The position numbers were made by a program, and so were the translations under genes. Below are positions 39,122-50,700 of a DNA stretch of 64,000 nt, one piece after another (the stretch's first letter is position 1; every line of letters begins with the position of its first letter). Source of the DNA: Lingula anatina (Eukaryota; Animalia; Brachiopoda); assembly GCA_051362555.1 (NCBI GenBank), contig CM120648.1, positions 17,418,587 to 17,482,586 of the forward strand. Reading direction: 5' to 3'. The notes beneath the pieces were generated by a model that saw only the letters and a program-made list of their open reading frames with translations, made no database searches and had not been told where the DNA came from.

Positions 39122-42100
39122 CTAACAACTTTCAATCAAAAGCACTAACTTCTGAATTGGTCTTTCTAAAATAACTGGCTTGGTTTCACGTTTTCCCAGT
39201 GAATTTAAGTCATCAGTTCCTACACAAATCTTGGCCTTGCGCACTAATTTATCCTTGCTGGGAATACATTCAACCACTCTGCCTAGTGGCCAACTGTTTC
39301 GCGATACATTAGGTTCCACAACAAGAACAATATCTCCCACTGTGATATTTCTCTTACATCTTGTCCAGCACTGTCTCTTGTTAAGATTCTGAAGATACTC
39401 TTTCCTCCATCTGCTCCAGAACTGTTGTGTGAGAAACTGAACTCTTCTCCATCTTTTCCTGAGATACATGTCCTGAGAAACAAAATTTCCTGGGGGTGGT
39501 AGTGGCACACTGGATTTCATTGTAAGAATGTGATTAGGTGTCAGGGGCTCTGCACACTCAGGATCATTGATATTGGCTATTGATAGAGGACGGCTGTTTA
39601 CGATTGCCATTGCTTCATAAAACAGAGTGCGTAAAGATGAATCATCCAATCTACCTGGGCAGAGATTAATCACTCCTGCTAATACATTCCTTATAGTACG
39701 AATCTGTCGCTCCCATACTCCACCAACATGACTAGAATGAGGTGCATTCATAAGAAAATCACAATCTTGATTGGCTAGGTAACAAGCTACCTTCTGAGCA
39801 TCCATTTCCTTTAATGCAGCTGTGAATTCATTCTTTGCACCTACAAAATTGCTCCCTTGATCTGATCTGATCTGGCGAACTTTTCCTCTAATAGAAATGA
39901 AACATCTAAGAGCATTTATAAACGCATCTGATGACATGTCGTCCAGCATTTCAACATGCACTGCTCTAGAACATAAACAGGTAAATAACAGACCATAGCG
40001 TTTGAACTCCTTCCTATTCTGTTTCACAATGAAAGGACCAAAGCAATCCATGGCACTATATTCAAATGGACATGATGCTTCCACACGATCAGAAGGCAAA
40101 TCTGCCATTTTCTGCTCTTCCACTGGTTTTCTCATTTTCCTGCATGTAACACATCTGTGAATAATTTCAGATGTCAACTTCCCTCCAGCAAGGATCCAAA
40201 ATCCATTGGCTCTGACTTCATTTAGAGTCATACCACGGCCCATATGACCAATGCGTTTATGAAAATGAGATACAATCAATTTTGAAACATAGCTATCCTT
40301 GGGTAATATTACTGGATGCTGAACAGAAAAGGCAAAACTTGATTGTCCTAGCCTTCCTCCCACACGAATTACTCCTTTATTGTCTTTAAAGGGGTTCAAT
40401 GTTGAACTAGGAGGTTTTTCCTCGAACTTCTGTTCTTGAGCTAATTTTATCAAGAATGTGGTTGTTTCTTGCCTTTCCTCTTCTGTAGTGAGACTTGCAT
40501 TTTTGATACCTCTTGCTCTTCTTTTGAGCCTTGCAATTGCTCTGACTGCTCTAGACCAATCTGAAAATTTCTCGAGTCTTTCTATCATGGATTTCTTTTC
40601 TACTGTCTGTGTACTCCTTACAGAAGACATTTTGATCTCTGGGTCCATTTCTGGTAACTGTACATCATTGTGGGGCATGTCAGCCATCTCTAAATCAGGA
40701 TTCCAAAGAAATCTTGGTCCTGTAAACCAGGTGGAGTCTCTCAACTTCTCCACTGACAAACCTCTTGATGCGTGATCTGCAGGGTTGTCTTCACTTCTTA
40801 CATAGTGCCATTGCTGTGGGGAAGTTGCTTCTTTGATCAGCTCTACTCTGTTGGCTACATATATTTTAAATCTGCGTGTGTCATTGTTTATGTAACCTAG
40901 CACAATCCTTGAATCTGTCCAAAAATAATGACGGTACTTCTCTGTCATCTCAGATTCAAGAACTTTGCTCATTTTGAGAGAGACTACTGCAGCATTGAGC
41001 TCCAATCTTGGTAGGGTGATAACCTTCAATGGAGTTACTCTGGCCTTTGACATGACAAGAGAACAATGTACTTCGTTTTTCTCGTTCACAAGTCGTATAT
41101 AAGAACATTGTCCATATCCAGATAAACTCGCATCAGAGAAATGATGAAGTTCTCTTCGCGTTACTGTTCCAAAGTTCTTTGGTATAAAACACCGGGCCAC
41201 CTTGATATTTTGAATATCCTTCAATTCTTCAGACCATTTTTCCCACTGTGGCATAAGATCATTGGAAAGTTCTTCATCCCATGCAGAATTCTCTTTACAC
41301 ATTTGTTGCAATATCTGCTTCCCAATAAGAATAAATGGGGATAGAAAGCCTTGAGGATCATACACGGATGCCACTGTAGATAGCACTCCCCTGCGTGTTT
41401 TTGCCTTGACTTCACTGGTAAAAGCTCTGTACTGAAAAACATCATCTTCTACATTCCACTGTAATCCCAATGCAGTGGAAACTGGCAATCTGTCTTTATT
41501 CAAATCCACACCATTCACCTCTGTAGCACGCTCAGACTCTGGGACTGTTTCTAATACCTCCCTGCTATTGGACAAGAACTTGTGTAATCGTATGCCTCCA
41601 CTGGCACACAATTTCCTTGCCTGATCGATAATCTGAATGGCGGTATCTGCGTCATCAGAGCTGGTCAAACCATCATCAACATAGAAGTGATGCTTAATAA
41701 ATTCTGCTGCCAATGGGTATTCATTCTCATAACTTTTAGCAAGATATTTCAAACCAAAATTGGCACAACCAGGCGATGAAGTAGCCCCAAAAAGATGTAC
41801 TTTCATCCTGAATACCGTTGGCTCCTTGGTAATGTCACCATTTTTCCACCACAGAAATCGCAGGTAATTTCTGTCGTTATCTTGCACTAGGAATTGATGA
41901 AACATTTTTTCAATATCACATGCTACTGCCACTGGGTGTTCTCTAAATCTAATCAAAACTCCTAGAAGGCTACTTGTTAAGTCGGGACCACTTAGCAAAT
42001 GTTGATTAAGTGAGGTTTGTTTGTAAGTTGCAGAACAATCAAATACCACACGAAGTTTTCCTTTCTGTGGATGATAAACTCCATGATGTGGCAAGTACCA

Positions 42101-45100
42101 TACTTCTCCTTTAATGGTATCATCTGGAGCTTCTTCAGCCTCACCTTGGTCTATAATACCTTGCATCATGCTCGTGTACGATTCACGATAACTTGGATCT
42201 CGCTCAAACTTGCGTCTCAGATGATCAAGGCGTTGGAGTGCCTGGGACTTGTTATCAGGGAGAGCTGGTCGTCTTCTGAATGGCAATGGCATCTGAATGT
42301 GACCATTATCCAACTGCTGTATATTGGTTTCTTGTACTCTCAAAAACTGCAAATCTTCTTGAGACATCTCAACTTCGGTCTTGTCGTGAACAAAATCCTT
42401 TTCTAAGGCATTAATAACGTCTCTTGGCATACAAGGAAACACCTCCATTGTCGTCACACGGTGACAAACTGAAGCTAAGTTATCTCTTGAAGAGCAGCCA
42501 ACAATACTCCACCCAAGTATAGTCTGCACTGCATATGGCTCGCTATTTCCACCAACCAGGGTCTCTCTAGGTAGCAATGCTTGTGGACAATTAAAACCAA
42601 TGAGTAAACCCACATCACAAGTCTGTAGGGGAGGAATCTTGTTCAAAAGAGGCTTTAGATGTTGCCAGTCTGATACAGTTTTTCTCGTAGGAATTTGTGT
42701 TCTGTCAGCTGGTATAAACTCCCTAGTGAATGCTTGATCAATCTCCAATGTCTCAGTAGACTTGAATCCTCTTACTCGCAATCTTCTGATTTTCTTGCTG
42801 TCTATGAGGGACTTTTGACTTGACATTGTTGATAAACTAAGTGTGGCATGCTCTGTTTCAGCATTTAAAGCAGCAGCCGTATCTTCTAATAAAAATGTAG
42901 TGTCACTCTGTGTATCCAAAAGTGCGTAGGTCAACACCTCATGTTCTGGATTTTCCTGTGTAGACACCCAAACAGGCACTATCATGGTGGTGCTACTCTG
43001 ACGGTGATGCTGATTGACTTTGAGAGAATTTACACTTTGAGTTTCTCTGCTGGTAGGTGGCTGCCTTTCTTCGTGCATGCAGGTTGGATGCTTGCCCTTA
43101 CAGGTACCACATACATGTTTTCTTCTGCAGTCACTGTTTCTGTGTCCCTGTCCTAAACATCCAAAGCACAAATTCTTTTTCACCACAAACTCCCTTTTCT
43201 TGGATATCGTTAAAGCGCCAAAGTCATGACATCTAGAGATATAATGACCTTCTTTCTCACAATATGTGCACAATTTTTTCTCTGCTACACCAGCATTAAC
43301 ATTTAGAGCTCTGACCGTATCATGCACCTTGTTCACCAATGGAGAGGTAATGGGATTGCAAGCCACTTCTGATTCTTCCGACAGGAAAGCACAAAAGTCA
43401 CGAAAGGAGGGGTAGCCTTCAGTTTTCATAGACCTTGTCACTTGACGATTCCATCTGTGTGATACAAACTGTGGTAGCTTGTTAACCATTTTCCTGTTTT
43501 CACTATAATCGTTCAAAACTGTGAGTCCCTTGACGTGCGGCATGGCATCACATACAGCATTCAGAAAGTCTGAGTAGTCTCTGAGTGCATTTCCATCTTT
43601 TTCTGGAATCTTTGGCCATTTATCTAGCTTTTCTCTGAAAGACTTCTGTATCAGGAACTCATCTCCAAACCTTTCGTTCAGCTTTCTCCAGGCATCATCA
43701 AATGCTGCTTCATCTGTTCTTAAGAAAGCTCCCTGAATCATTTTAGCAGCAGGCCCTGCTGTATACTTCCTAAGAAAAAAGAGTTTCTCAGTAGCATTGA
43801 GGGCCTTTCTTCCAATTAAGACAGAGAAGGAGTTCTTCCATTCAGGAAACAGCAATGGATTACCTGCAAATACCTTTGGTTCTGGAACAGGTAGGCGTCC
43901 TAAAGACAAACTCTGTTGAAGAGCTTCTGTTAAACCATCGAGGGAAACTGCTGGCGTGTGACCAGTTGTGGCCATAGGCGTAGAGACTGCATGCATGTGT
44001 GCAGTTGTAGCTATGGGCACGGAAACATCAGGTGCAGACAGGGAAACTGAGGGTACACGCACAGCTGCAGTCACAGGTAGGGAAGCAGCTGGAGTATAGA
44101 CAGATGTAGTCGCAGGCACGGACATCACATGTGCATGAACAGCTGTAGTCGCTGACAGGGGAACCTCTGGTGGTAAGACAGTTGTAGTCACAGGCACAGA
44201 AACCTCGGGTGTATAAGCAGCTGTAGTCGCAGGCACGGACAACATATGTGCATGAATAGCTGTAGATGCTGACACGGGAACCTCTGATGTTGAAGCAACT
44301 GCAGTCACAGACACGGGAACCTCTGATGATGAGACAGTTGCAGTCACAGGCACGGAAACCTCGGGTGTATAAACAGCTGCAGTCACAGGCACGGGAACCT
44401 CAGGTGTTGAGGCAGCTGCAGACACAGGCGCGGAAACCTCAGGCGTGTAAACAGCTGTAGTCACAGGCAGGGAAACTGAGGGCACGCGCACAGCTGCAGT
44501 CACAGGCACGGGAACCTCAGGTGTTGTGGCAGCTGCAGACACAGGCACGGAAACCTCAGGCGTGTAAACAGCTGTAGTCACAGGCAGGGAAGCTGAGGGC
44601 ACATGTACAGCTGCAGTCACAGGCAGGGAAACATCTGTTGTGTATGCTTCTGTAGTCACTGGCAGGGAAACTGAGGGCACGTGTATCTTGTCAAACTCAT
44701 TTAAAGCATCAACTTTAGCCTGAGATACACGTAAACTAGTCTGTATTTCTAAATCCTCCTCTTTAAATTTCAATTCTAACCTTGCTCGCTCCAATTCCTG
44801 CTTGACTTTCATGGCTGATGCACGAATGCTCAACTCGGCTTGTTTCTGTGCTTCTTCCAATTTCAGAAGACTTGACCTTGAGGAGCCACGAGAACTGGTG
44901 CTTGATCTGGTACTGACTGATTTAGAGTCTTCAGTGTGCTCAGTGACTGATGATAATTTCTGCTCCATAATTCTCTTGAATTCCAATAATATTTTTCTGC
45001 GAGGCTCATCAATAACTGCCGTGTCAGAATGGCTTTGTAATTTCAACAAATTATCTTCAATTTCAAAATATTGGTCACAATTCTGCAACCATTCTGCATA

Positions 45101-45304
45101 TTCTTCTCTGAGTAGTGTACTGCTACCACCTTCTTTAATTATGGCATTGCACCGTTCCATAATTTTTGACAGTTCTCCAAAGAGTCGCTTACATCTTTTA
45201 CCTTGTATCTCAACAGAATATTCCTTTCCCTTTTCTGTCATCGTTACAGTTCTTTTCTTCGTTAGGGAATTGGTTGACTCGTTTTCACTATAACGGAGGC
45301 TCAT
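39122..45304 (-). CDS. BEL/Pao Gag-Pol polyprotein, 2060 aa
   Basis: Gag core (PEPKVFAGNPLLFPEWKNSF), three Zn knuckles (CTYCEKEGHYISRC, CFGCLGQGHRNSDC, CGTCKGKHPTCMH), protease ALLDTQSD, RT (WYLPHHGV, FYVDDGL), RNase H (LHHFSDAS), integrase (H-H-C-C, MDCFGP, SDQGSNF, GGVWER), C-terminal WPLGRV; order PR-RT-RH-IN. Confidence 0.97.
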   Translation of the reverse strand: MSLRYSENESTNSLTKKRTVTMTEKGKEYSVEIQGKRCKRLFGELSKIMERCNAIIKEGGSSTLLREEYAEWLQNCDQYFEIEDNLLKLQSHSDTAVIDEPRRKILLEFKRIMEQKLSSVTEHTEDSKSVSTRSSTSSRGSSRSSLLKLEEAQKQAELSIRASAMKVKQELERARLELKFKEEDLEIQTSLRVSQAKVDALNEFDKIHVPSVSLPVTTEAYTTDVSLPVTAAVHVPSASLPVTTAVYTPEVSVPVSAAATTPEVPVPVTAAVRVPSVSLPVTTAVYTPEVSAPVSAAASTPEVPVPVTAAVYTPEVSVPVTATVSSSEVPVSVTAVASTSEVPVSASTAIHAHMLSVPATTAAYTPEVSVPVTTTVLPPEVPLSATTAVHAHVMSVPATTSVYTPAASLPVTAAVRVPSVSLSAPDVSVPIATTAHMHAVSTPMATTGHTPAVSLDGLTEALQQSLSLGRLPVPEPKVFAGNPLLFPEWKNSFSVLIGRKALNATEKLFFLRKYTAGPAAKMIQGAFLRTDEAAFDDAWRKLNERFGDEFLIQKSFREKLDKWPKIPEKDGNALRDYSDFLNAVCDAMPHVKGLTVLNDYSENRKMVNKLPQFVSHRWNRQVTRSMKTEGYPSFRDFCAFLSEESEVACNPITSPLVNKVHDTVRALNVNAGVAEKKLCTYCEKEGHYISRCHDFGALTISKKREFVVKKNLCFGCLGQGHRNSDCRRKHVCGTCKGKHPTCMHEERQPPTSRETQSVNSLKVNQHHRQSSTTMIVPVWVSTQENPEHEVLTYALLDTQSDTTFLLEDTAAALNAETEHATLSLSTMSSQKSLIDSKKIRRLRVRGFKSTETLEIDQAFTREFIPADRTQIPTRKTVSDWQHLKPLLNKIPPLQTCDVGLLIGFNCPQALLPRETLVGGNSEPYAVQTILGWSIVGCSSRDNLASVCHRVTTMEVFPCMPRDVINALEKDFVHDKTEVEMSQEDLQFLRVQETNIQQLDNGHIQMPLPFRRRPALPDNKSQALQRLDHLRRKFERDPSYRESYTSMMQGIIDQGEAEEAPDDTIKGEVWYLPHHGVYHPQKGKLRVVFDCSATYKQTSLNQHLLSGPDLTSSLLGVLIRFREHPVAVACDIEKMFHQFLVQDNDRNYLRFLWWKNGDITKEPTVFRMKVHLFGATSSPGCANFGLKYLAKSYENEYPLAAEFIKHHFYVDDGLTSSDDADTAIQIIDQARKLCASGGIRLHKFLSNSREVLETVPESERATEVNGVDLNKDRLPVSTALGLQWNVEDDVFQYRAFTSEVKAKTRRGVLSTVASVYDPQGFLSPFILIGKQILQQMCKENSAWDEELSNDLMPQWEKWSEELKDIQNIKVARCFIPKNFGTVTRRELHHFSDASLSGYGQCSYIRLVNEKNEVHCSLVMSKARVTPLKVITLPRLELNAAVVSLKMSKVLESEMTEKYRHYFWTDSRIVLGYINNDTRRFKIYVANRVELIKEATSPQQWHYVRSEDNPADHASRGLSVEKLRDSTWFTGPRFLWNPDLEMADMPHNDVQLPEMDPEIKMSSVRSTQTVEKKSMIERLEKFSDWSRAVRAIARLKRRARGIKNASLTTEEERQETTTFLIKLAQEQKFEEKPPSSTLNPFKDNKGVIRVGGRLGQSSFAFSVQHPVILPKDSYVSKLIVSHFHKRIGHMGRGMTLNEVRANGFWILAGGKLTSEIIHRCVTCRKMRKPVEEQKMADLPSDRVEASCPFEYSAMDCFGPFIVKQNRKEFKRYGLLFTCLCSRAVHVEMLDDMSSDAFINALRCFISIRGKVRQIRSDQGSNFVGAKNEFTAALKEMDAQKVACYLANQDCDFLMNAPHSSHVGGVWERQIRTIRNVLAGVINLCPGRLDDSSLRTLFYEAMAIVNSRPLSIANINDPECAEPLTPNHILTMKSSVPLPPPGNFVSQDMYLRKRWRRVQFLTQQFWSRWRKEYLQNLNKRQCWTRCKRNITVGDIVLVVEPNVSRNSWPLGRVVECIPSKDKLVRKAKICVGTDDLNSLGKRETKPVILERPIQKLVLLIESC
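43940..44685 (-). repeat. In-frame 39-bp (13-aa) Thr/Val/Pro/Ala/Ser-rich tandem repeat in Gag
   Basis: About 19 units of the type VSVPVTAAVYTPE. Confidence 0.92.
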
Positions 45305-46007
45305 ATTGCAGTTGTATTCTTTTTATTCTTCCGTAAATACAAGTCATGATCTCCATTAGATTAACAGTGAAAACGTTGATGTCTATACCCTTTACTGTAA
45401 TCCTGTAATAATAAACAAATATAGTACTTAGACTTCGTTCGTTATTATTTTACCTTTCGTTGCGTTACAATCTAAGTATACTCATTAACTTGTTATACAG
45501 TTTTTCTAATAAGGGCTTTCGCTTACACGCTTTCGCTTACACACTTAAGTTATAAGACTTACTTCTAGGTTTGGACATTATTGTTACTTTTGCATTTTAA
45601 ATTATTAGCCTTTAACTATTGTTATATAATAAAAAAGATAGAATAAATTACCTTGACTTAAGAAATATCTGTTAAATGTGAAGCGCTCTTTTGCATGAAA
45701 CCACATGGTTTCGGACATCTTATAACAAAAAAATAGTACCGGAAGAACAAAAATGACTGCGTTTTAACAATGTAAAAAATATATATATGTTTAACTGCAA
45801 AAATGTAAATAATGAAAACCAAAAGACAATAATAATTTAAAGAAACACAGTCACAAAGTGTAAAAGATAAGTTAAGTAAGCTATCTTCGTGCAGAACTTA
45901 TTTTCCCGCGTAGTAAAATAAACGCAAACAAAAAATGCATACTTCTGTCGCAATCTTGTGAGAGCATCTATCGCAATCACTAACTAACATTACTGGCTGC
46001 AGTTACA
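45289..46007 (-). repeat. 5' LTR (719 bp)
   Basis: No differences from the 3' LTR seen in spot comparisons; contains the ORF ATG at 45304. Confidence 0.92.
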
Positions 46008-47731
46008 ATTATATAAGGTGTATCATAAACTGCATGGATATATATTGTCTTAAAACGCTTTAACCGAGGGCTGTAGCTTCAAACAGACACTTGATTTACC
46101 ATTTGTTTATAAGAATAAAGGGAAAAAGACTGTGAATAGGACATTAAATATCTGAAAATTTTTAGAACAAATATGCATGCGCATAGTTACAATCATGGCC
46201 ATTATATAATTTTCTTTTTATTACTAATGTTCAATATAGTTTAAATATACGTGTAGTAATGGATGTGCTTTTGATTCCCTTTCTTCAGTTGAAAAGATGG
46301 TTCTAAGGATAGCAGTGTAATTTTCTTTGTCTTGTAAAATCGAGAAAGCTTTGATCTAACTGATTGTGATCTAATTACCAACACTCATACAATTTGGTTA
46401 ACACGAAACCAAAACTAAAAAAAAATGTATTGTGTATCAAAAGACACTGAGAAACAGTCGACTCTGGCATCCTGATCAACAGAGGTTGAAATATAATACC
46501 CCTATTTTCAACCGAAACTTCACATTGCCAGTGGCGGTGCTGTGAGACTACTCGGAATGATATAAAACGACTTGATAAGTAGATAGATTAATAAACTAGC
46601 TCAATAATAAATCGCTGTGATATAGAAAACCTCTACTAAGTATTCTCTCTATCAAATTATTATAGTGACCCAAACGCTTATAGCGGTCTGCGCAGTTTTA
46701 GAACTTTTATTGGTTGAACGTAAAATTGTATGACTTAGTTGTTTGGTTGGGATACAGACAAGCCACCCTCTTGTCATACGCCAATAAAGCACTTTTTTCA
46801 TCTTAATTTTACCGTAAGAGTTACAAAAGAGAAAACAAAGTACCGGTGCATGTTTTACGACTCAGTGCTTCCCATTTTCGACAATTGTCGTCTTATCGCT
46901 ATGATCAGAAATTCACTAACAAGACGCATGCCTGTATTTTGCCCTTAAGCGCTGGCTACTTACGTCTTCTTTGTGTATTAAATTAAAGAACGAACTAAAT
47001 GATCATTATTTCGAGCAATGTGATACCTTGTGTACATTTATTAGGAAAGTATCAGTTACACGACATTATCTAAGCTGACTTTTTTTATTTCGGTTGCTTT
47101 GCGGAATGCAGTTGAAATGTCTTTCCACAATAGCGCTTTAAAACGAGGCTAATGTAATTATATTTCTGTTCCACGATAAGTCCGTAGAGTTGTTTAACTT
47201 AGTGTGAATGTCAGATGTCTATCAGTTTTATTGTTGGCTCCGAAGAGTCACGTTAGTGCACAAGTCCGCCGCTAGAGGACAGCAGACAAGCTGGAACAAT
47301 TCCTGGTCTAAGGATGCGACAGGTGATCCAAGTTACGCAAAACAATTCCAACGCGTCAAACGCACTCCCGTATGTTGTAATGAAGTCGAAAAGAGTTTAT
47401 GGTAGCTACTGATAAATGAGACAATTACTTTAATCCCGGAAAACACTGCATTTTGCTTTTCATAAATTTATCGTCACATATGTGCTAAAGCACTGGATTT
47501 AGAACCGTTTACTGGTAAAGTGAACGAGGAAAACAGCACACAGATAATCTGATCCCTGCCTCCCTCCCGTTCGTTTCCTCACATCCTTGTGCCTCGATCG
47601 TAATTCTGAAAATAAACTCGATTTCGTTGTAATTATATCCTTTAACATATAAACTCGATGTGACAAACGTCTTTTTCTCTTTGGACTGATATTCCCAAAA
47701 TGACGTCCGTGAAATCAGCAACTTGGTGAAA

Positions 47732-50700
47732 TCAACTCTGTTTACTGTTAATCTGTTGCAGTGTCACAGCTGTGACAACCAGGGCGAGTGTCACCACAAG
47801 GACATCAGGAGACGAGGACAGGACGCCAGGACCTGGAGACAAGACAACATGTTACATCGTGATTTACTTAAGTAGGTTTGTGTAAGTTCATTTGGGTGAC
47901 ACAGTACATGTCTATCTGGCACTTGTACAACAAATAAAAGAACAAGGAAATAATCTAAAAGAAGCAGAGAGATACATGAACAGAGGTAGATGGATATAAA
48001 TATATTCAGACAGACAAACAGGTAGTCAGAAAGAAAGATAGACAGATAGGAAGAGAGAGAGAATAAATAAATAAATAAATAAATAAATACATTGAAAATA
48101 ATACATTAAATAATCAACTAATCAAAAAAGAAATACACTTAACATACTGGAGCATATGGGCCCTTTCCGTATAAAGCCCTTCCTGCAGAAACATCGTTTT
48201 TCGTTATCCGGAAACTGGTGTTCGTCATGTGCAAGACGCTCTTCGTCCGTGACTTGTTTCCGCCCGATTTTCTTAATGCTAGCCATCGTCCGGACTTTAG
48301 GGCGGCATTCCATTCTCAGTTTATACTAGAAATGGACGGAAGATAAAAATGTAATTTGTTTGCCGTGGTCTGAAAACCTTTGTTTGCTTGGGTGTTGGAA
48401 ATAATATGATAGGCATTCCAACTTTACATCTCGAACCGATTTTAGCAAAAGAAAATCGGCACAAGCTTGTTACCCAACAGGGGAAAATGTTACCTTAAAC
48501 TGTATGTTTTTTCGAAGAGTTGTATATTCTCCAAGGAACATAATAATATTTGTTAAAAAAAATTAGTGCAACATGTGTACTAGTGTTATCGCACTGATTA
48601 ATGTATCAATCAACTGATCAAGATCAAGGGTCTTTGTTGAAGGGTGTAAAAAGGCCTTGATTCAAAGACAGAAAATATTTGCTTCTCTTCAAAAATGGAC
48701 TTTTCATCAATAATGTGATATTCCATTTGACCTTTACTGACCTTTCCATAAGATGGACATCCCTTAAAGTAGCCTGGACATACTGACCGCTCGTTGTCTC
48801 CTTGGATACAGTCGTCATCTCGGCGACATTTCTTACCGTAAAGACGCTTGGCTTTGGATTGAACTTGAAAGGAAATTATAAATACTTATAGAGATCTTTA
48901 AATATATACTTATACTTCTTTTCTAAATGTTAGGCTTTTTATTTTAATTTTAATGTTAGGCTTTATATTTATTGTAATTTTCGATCCAATACAAACGGTG
49001 TTCTAACATGGCGTTTTACGTGTAGAAATGACATAATCACTTAACATAAAAGAGTTTCTTACAATTAAAGGTATCCATAATTGGTAATTAAAGACTGCAG
49101 CATTTTAGTATTTTACAATATGCTCAGGTTTACTGTTCGCAGTTTAGAAAAACCGTTTATTATTTCATACTGCATATTAAAAAATCGCAACCAGGGAACA
49201 TGTTAATATTTTTAATGTTTAACAAATTATACTTCAAGCTGGATTAAAATAAAGGCTGGCGCTTCTATAATTATGAGATATAAAAAACTGTACTCACTCA
49301 TTTTAACGTTGCATTTGGACAGAAAACAGCAATAATTCCAGGTTTGTGCCCAGTTATTAGCGTTATTATCTAAACTACAGTAACTCTTCTGCTTACAGCC
49401 TTTCTTCACCGTGTAACTCTCCCAGCCATTACTACTGGTACGGCTAAAACAATCGTACTGGAACAGAACACTTTATTAATTCATATGATATAACGATGTG
49501 TTGTACATAGCCATTTGAATAGAAATATTGGTCAATGAATAAAAATCAGTAATATACAGTGTTCAAATACTAGTACTAAATGTCGCATTAGAAAAATCGC
49601 TAATTCATTTTATTTCATGTCTGTTTTTCAAATTCACAAAACTAAATGTATCTTATTTTGTTCCCTGATGCTTACCTTGGGCCAGTTGGGTGTGGTAGTC
49701 CGTATTGTTGTGGAAGTAAGGGCCATCGTCTGTGTTTCATAAGTAGTCCCATAGTCATCGTACTTCGATCTTCTGCCGCCATCTTTCTTACGGACCCTAG
49801 CGTCCCTGTCTTTGTCAAATCTATTACCGGAACGTGTCGTGAATTCCGACGGCAATGACGTCACAGTCACGTTACTGCGAGAAACAGCGAGATCTATTCT
49901 TTCATAATAGTTCTCATAAAAACTGTCGTCCTCCCTTTTCTGGCGATCTGTCTCTCCCAGCCCATCTTCAATGCTTCTTTGCGACCTTCGCGTTTTAGTA
50001 TTTGCCCTTGGTCTTTCTTCGTATTCAAAATCATAGTCCTCTGCGTCTTCATAATCTTCGTCGTCTGCGTTCATGTAGTAATCCCGATCAAACTCTTCAC
50101 AATATTCCAAGTGAGCTGTTTCCAAACATTTCACGTTGGCGTCGATTTCGTTAGCAGCCGTTCCCTCGCATGTGTAGCATTTAATGGCATCTTAGTGAAA
50201 CGAAAGAAAAATATAAGACCGTTACTATGGTTTGTATCGAGAGGCTATATGAGTTTTACAGCGAGATCCCAAACCAAGCAAAGCCCCAGTAATAAATGTT
50301 ATCGTTTTCTCTTCGAGACCAGTGACTTTAGTGTAAATCACAGAAAAAAAGCAGACCATGCTTTTAAAGAAGTGTTCTTCTTAAAAGATAAATTAATTTT
50401 TCTTTCCCTTCCTTTTTTTGAGGGGGATGACATTTCGCATTCAGTCATCTTCTCAGCATCATTTTAATGGGAAAAATTCTTAGATTTGCCGAACACGCAA
50501 TAAAAGGATGTTTCATAGGAATCAGGCAACAGCTTGTTATTTCTCAACTCAAGGCCACACGTTTGTCATGATACATTTAAACCTTTTAACAAAGTTAAGT
50601 TTTAATGGTCTATAATATCTGCATGTATAATAATACTTAAGACGAATAATTCAATAGAAATTCTAATTCGCAAACACTAGATTTCTTGGCTAAGATATTT

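Larger units (their letters stand above)
37696..46007 (-). mobile_element. Full-length BEL/Pao LTR retrotransposon (8312 bp), very recent
   Basis: Direct repeats 37696-38414 and 45289-46007 at a constant offset of 7593; 5-bp TSD ATTAT (37691-95 and 46008-12); G-rich PPT next to the 3' LTR (38415-38423); single intact gag-pol ORF. Confidence 0.97.

Noticed and set aside
44802-45293. 163-aa plus-strand ORF and other ORFs antisense to gag-pol
   Set aside because: Shadows of the retrotransposon coding strand; no independent motifs.
49979-50467. Hydrophobic 162-aa plus-strand ORF
   Set aside because: Antisense to the acidic exon of the LU gene, which yields hydrophobic codons.
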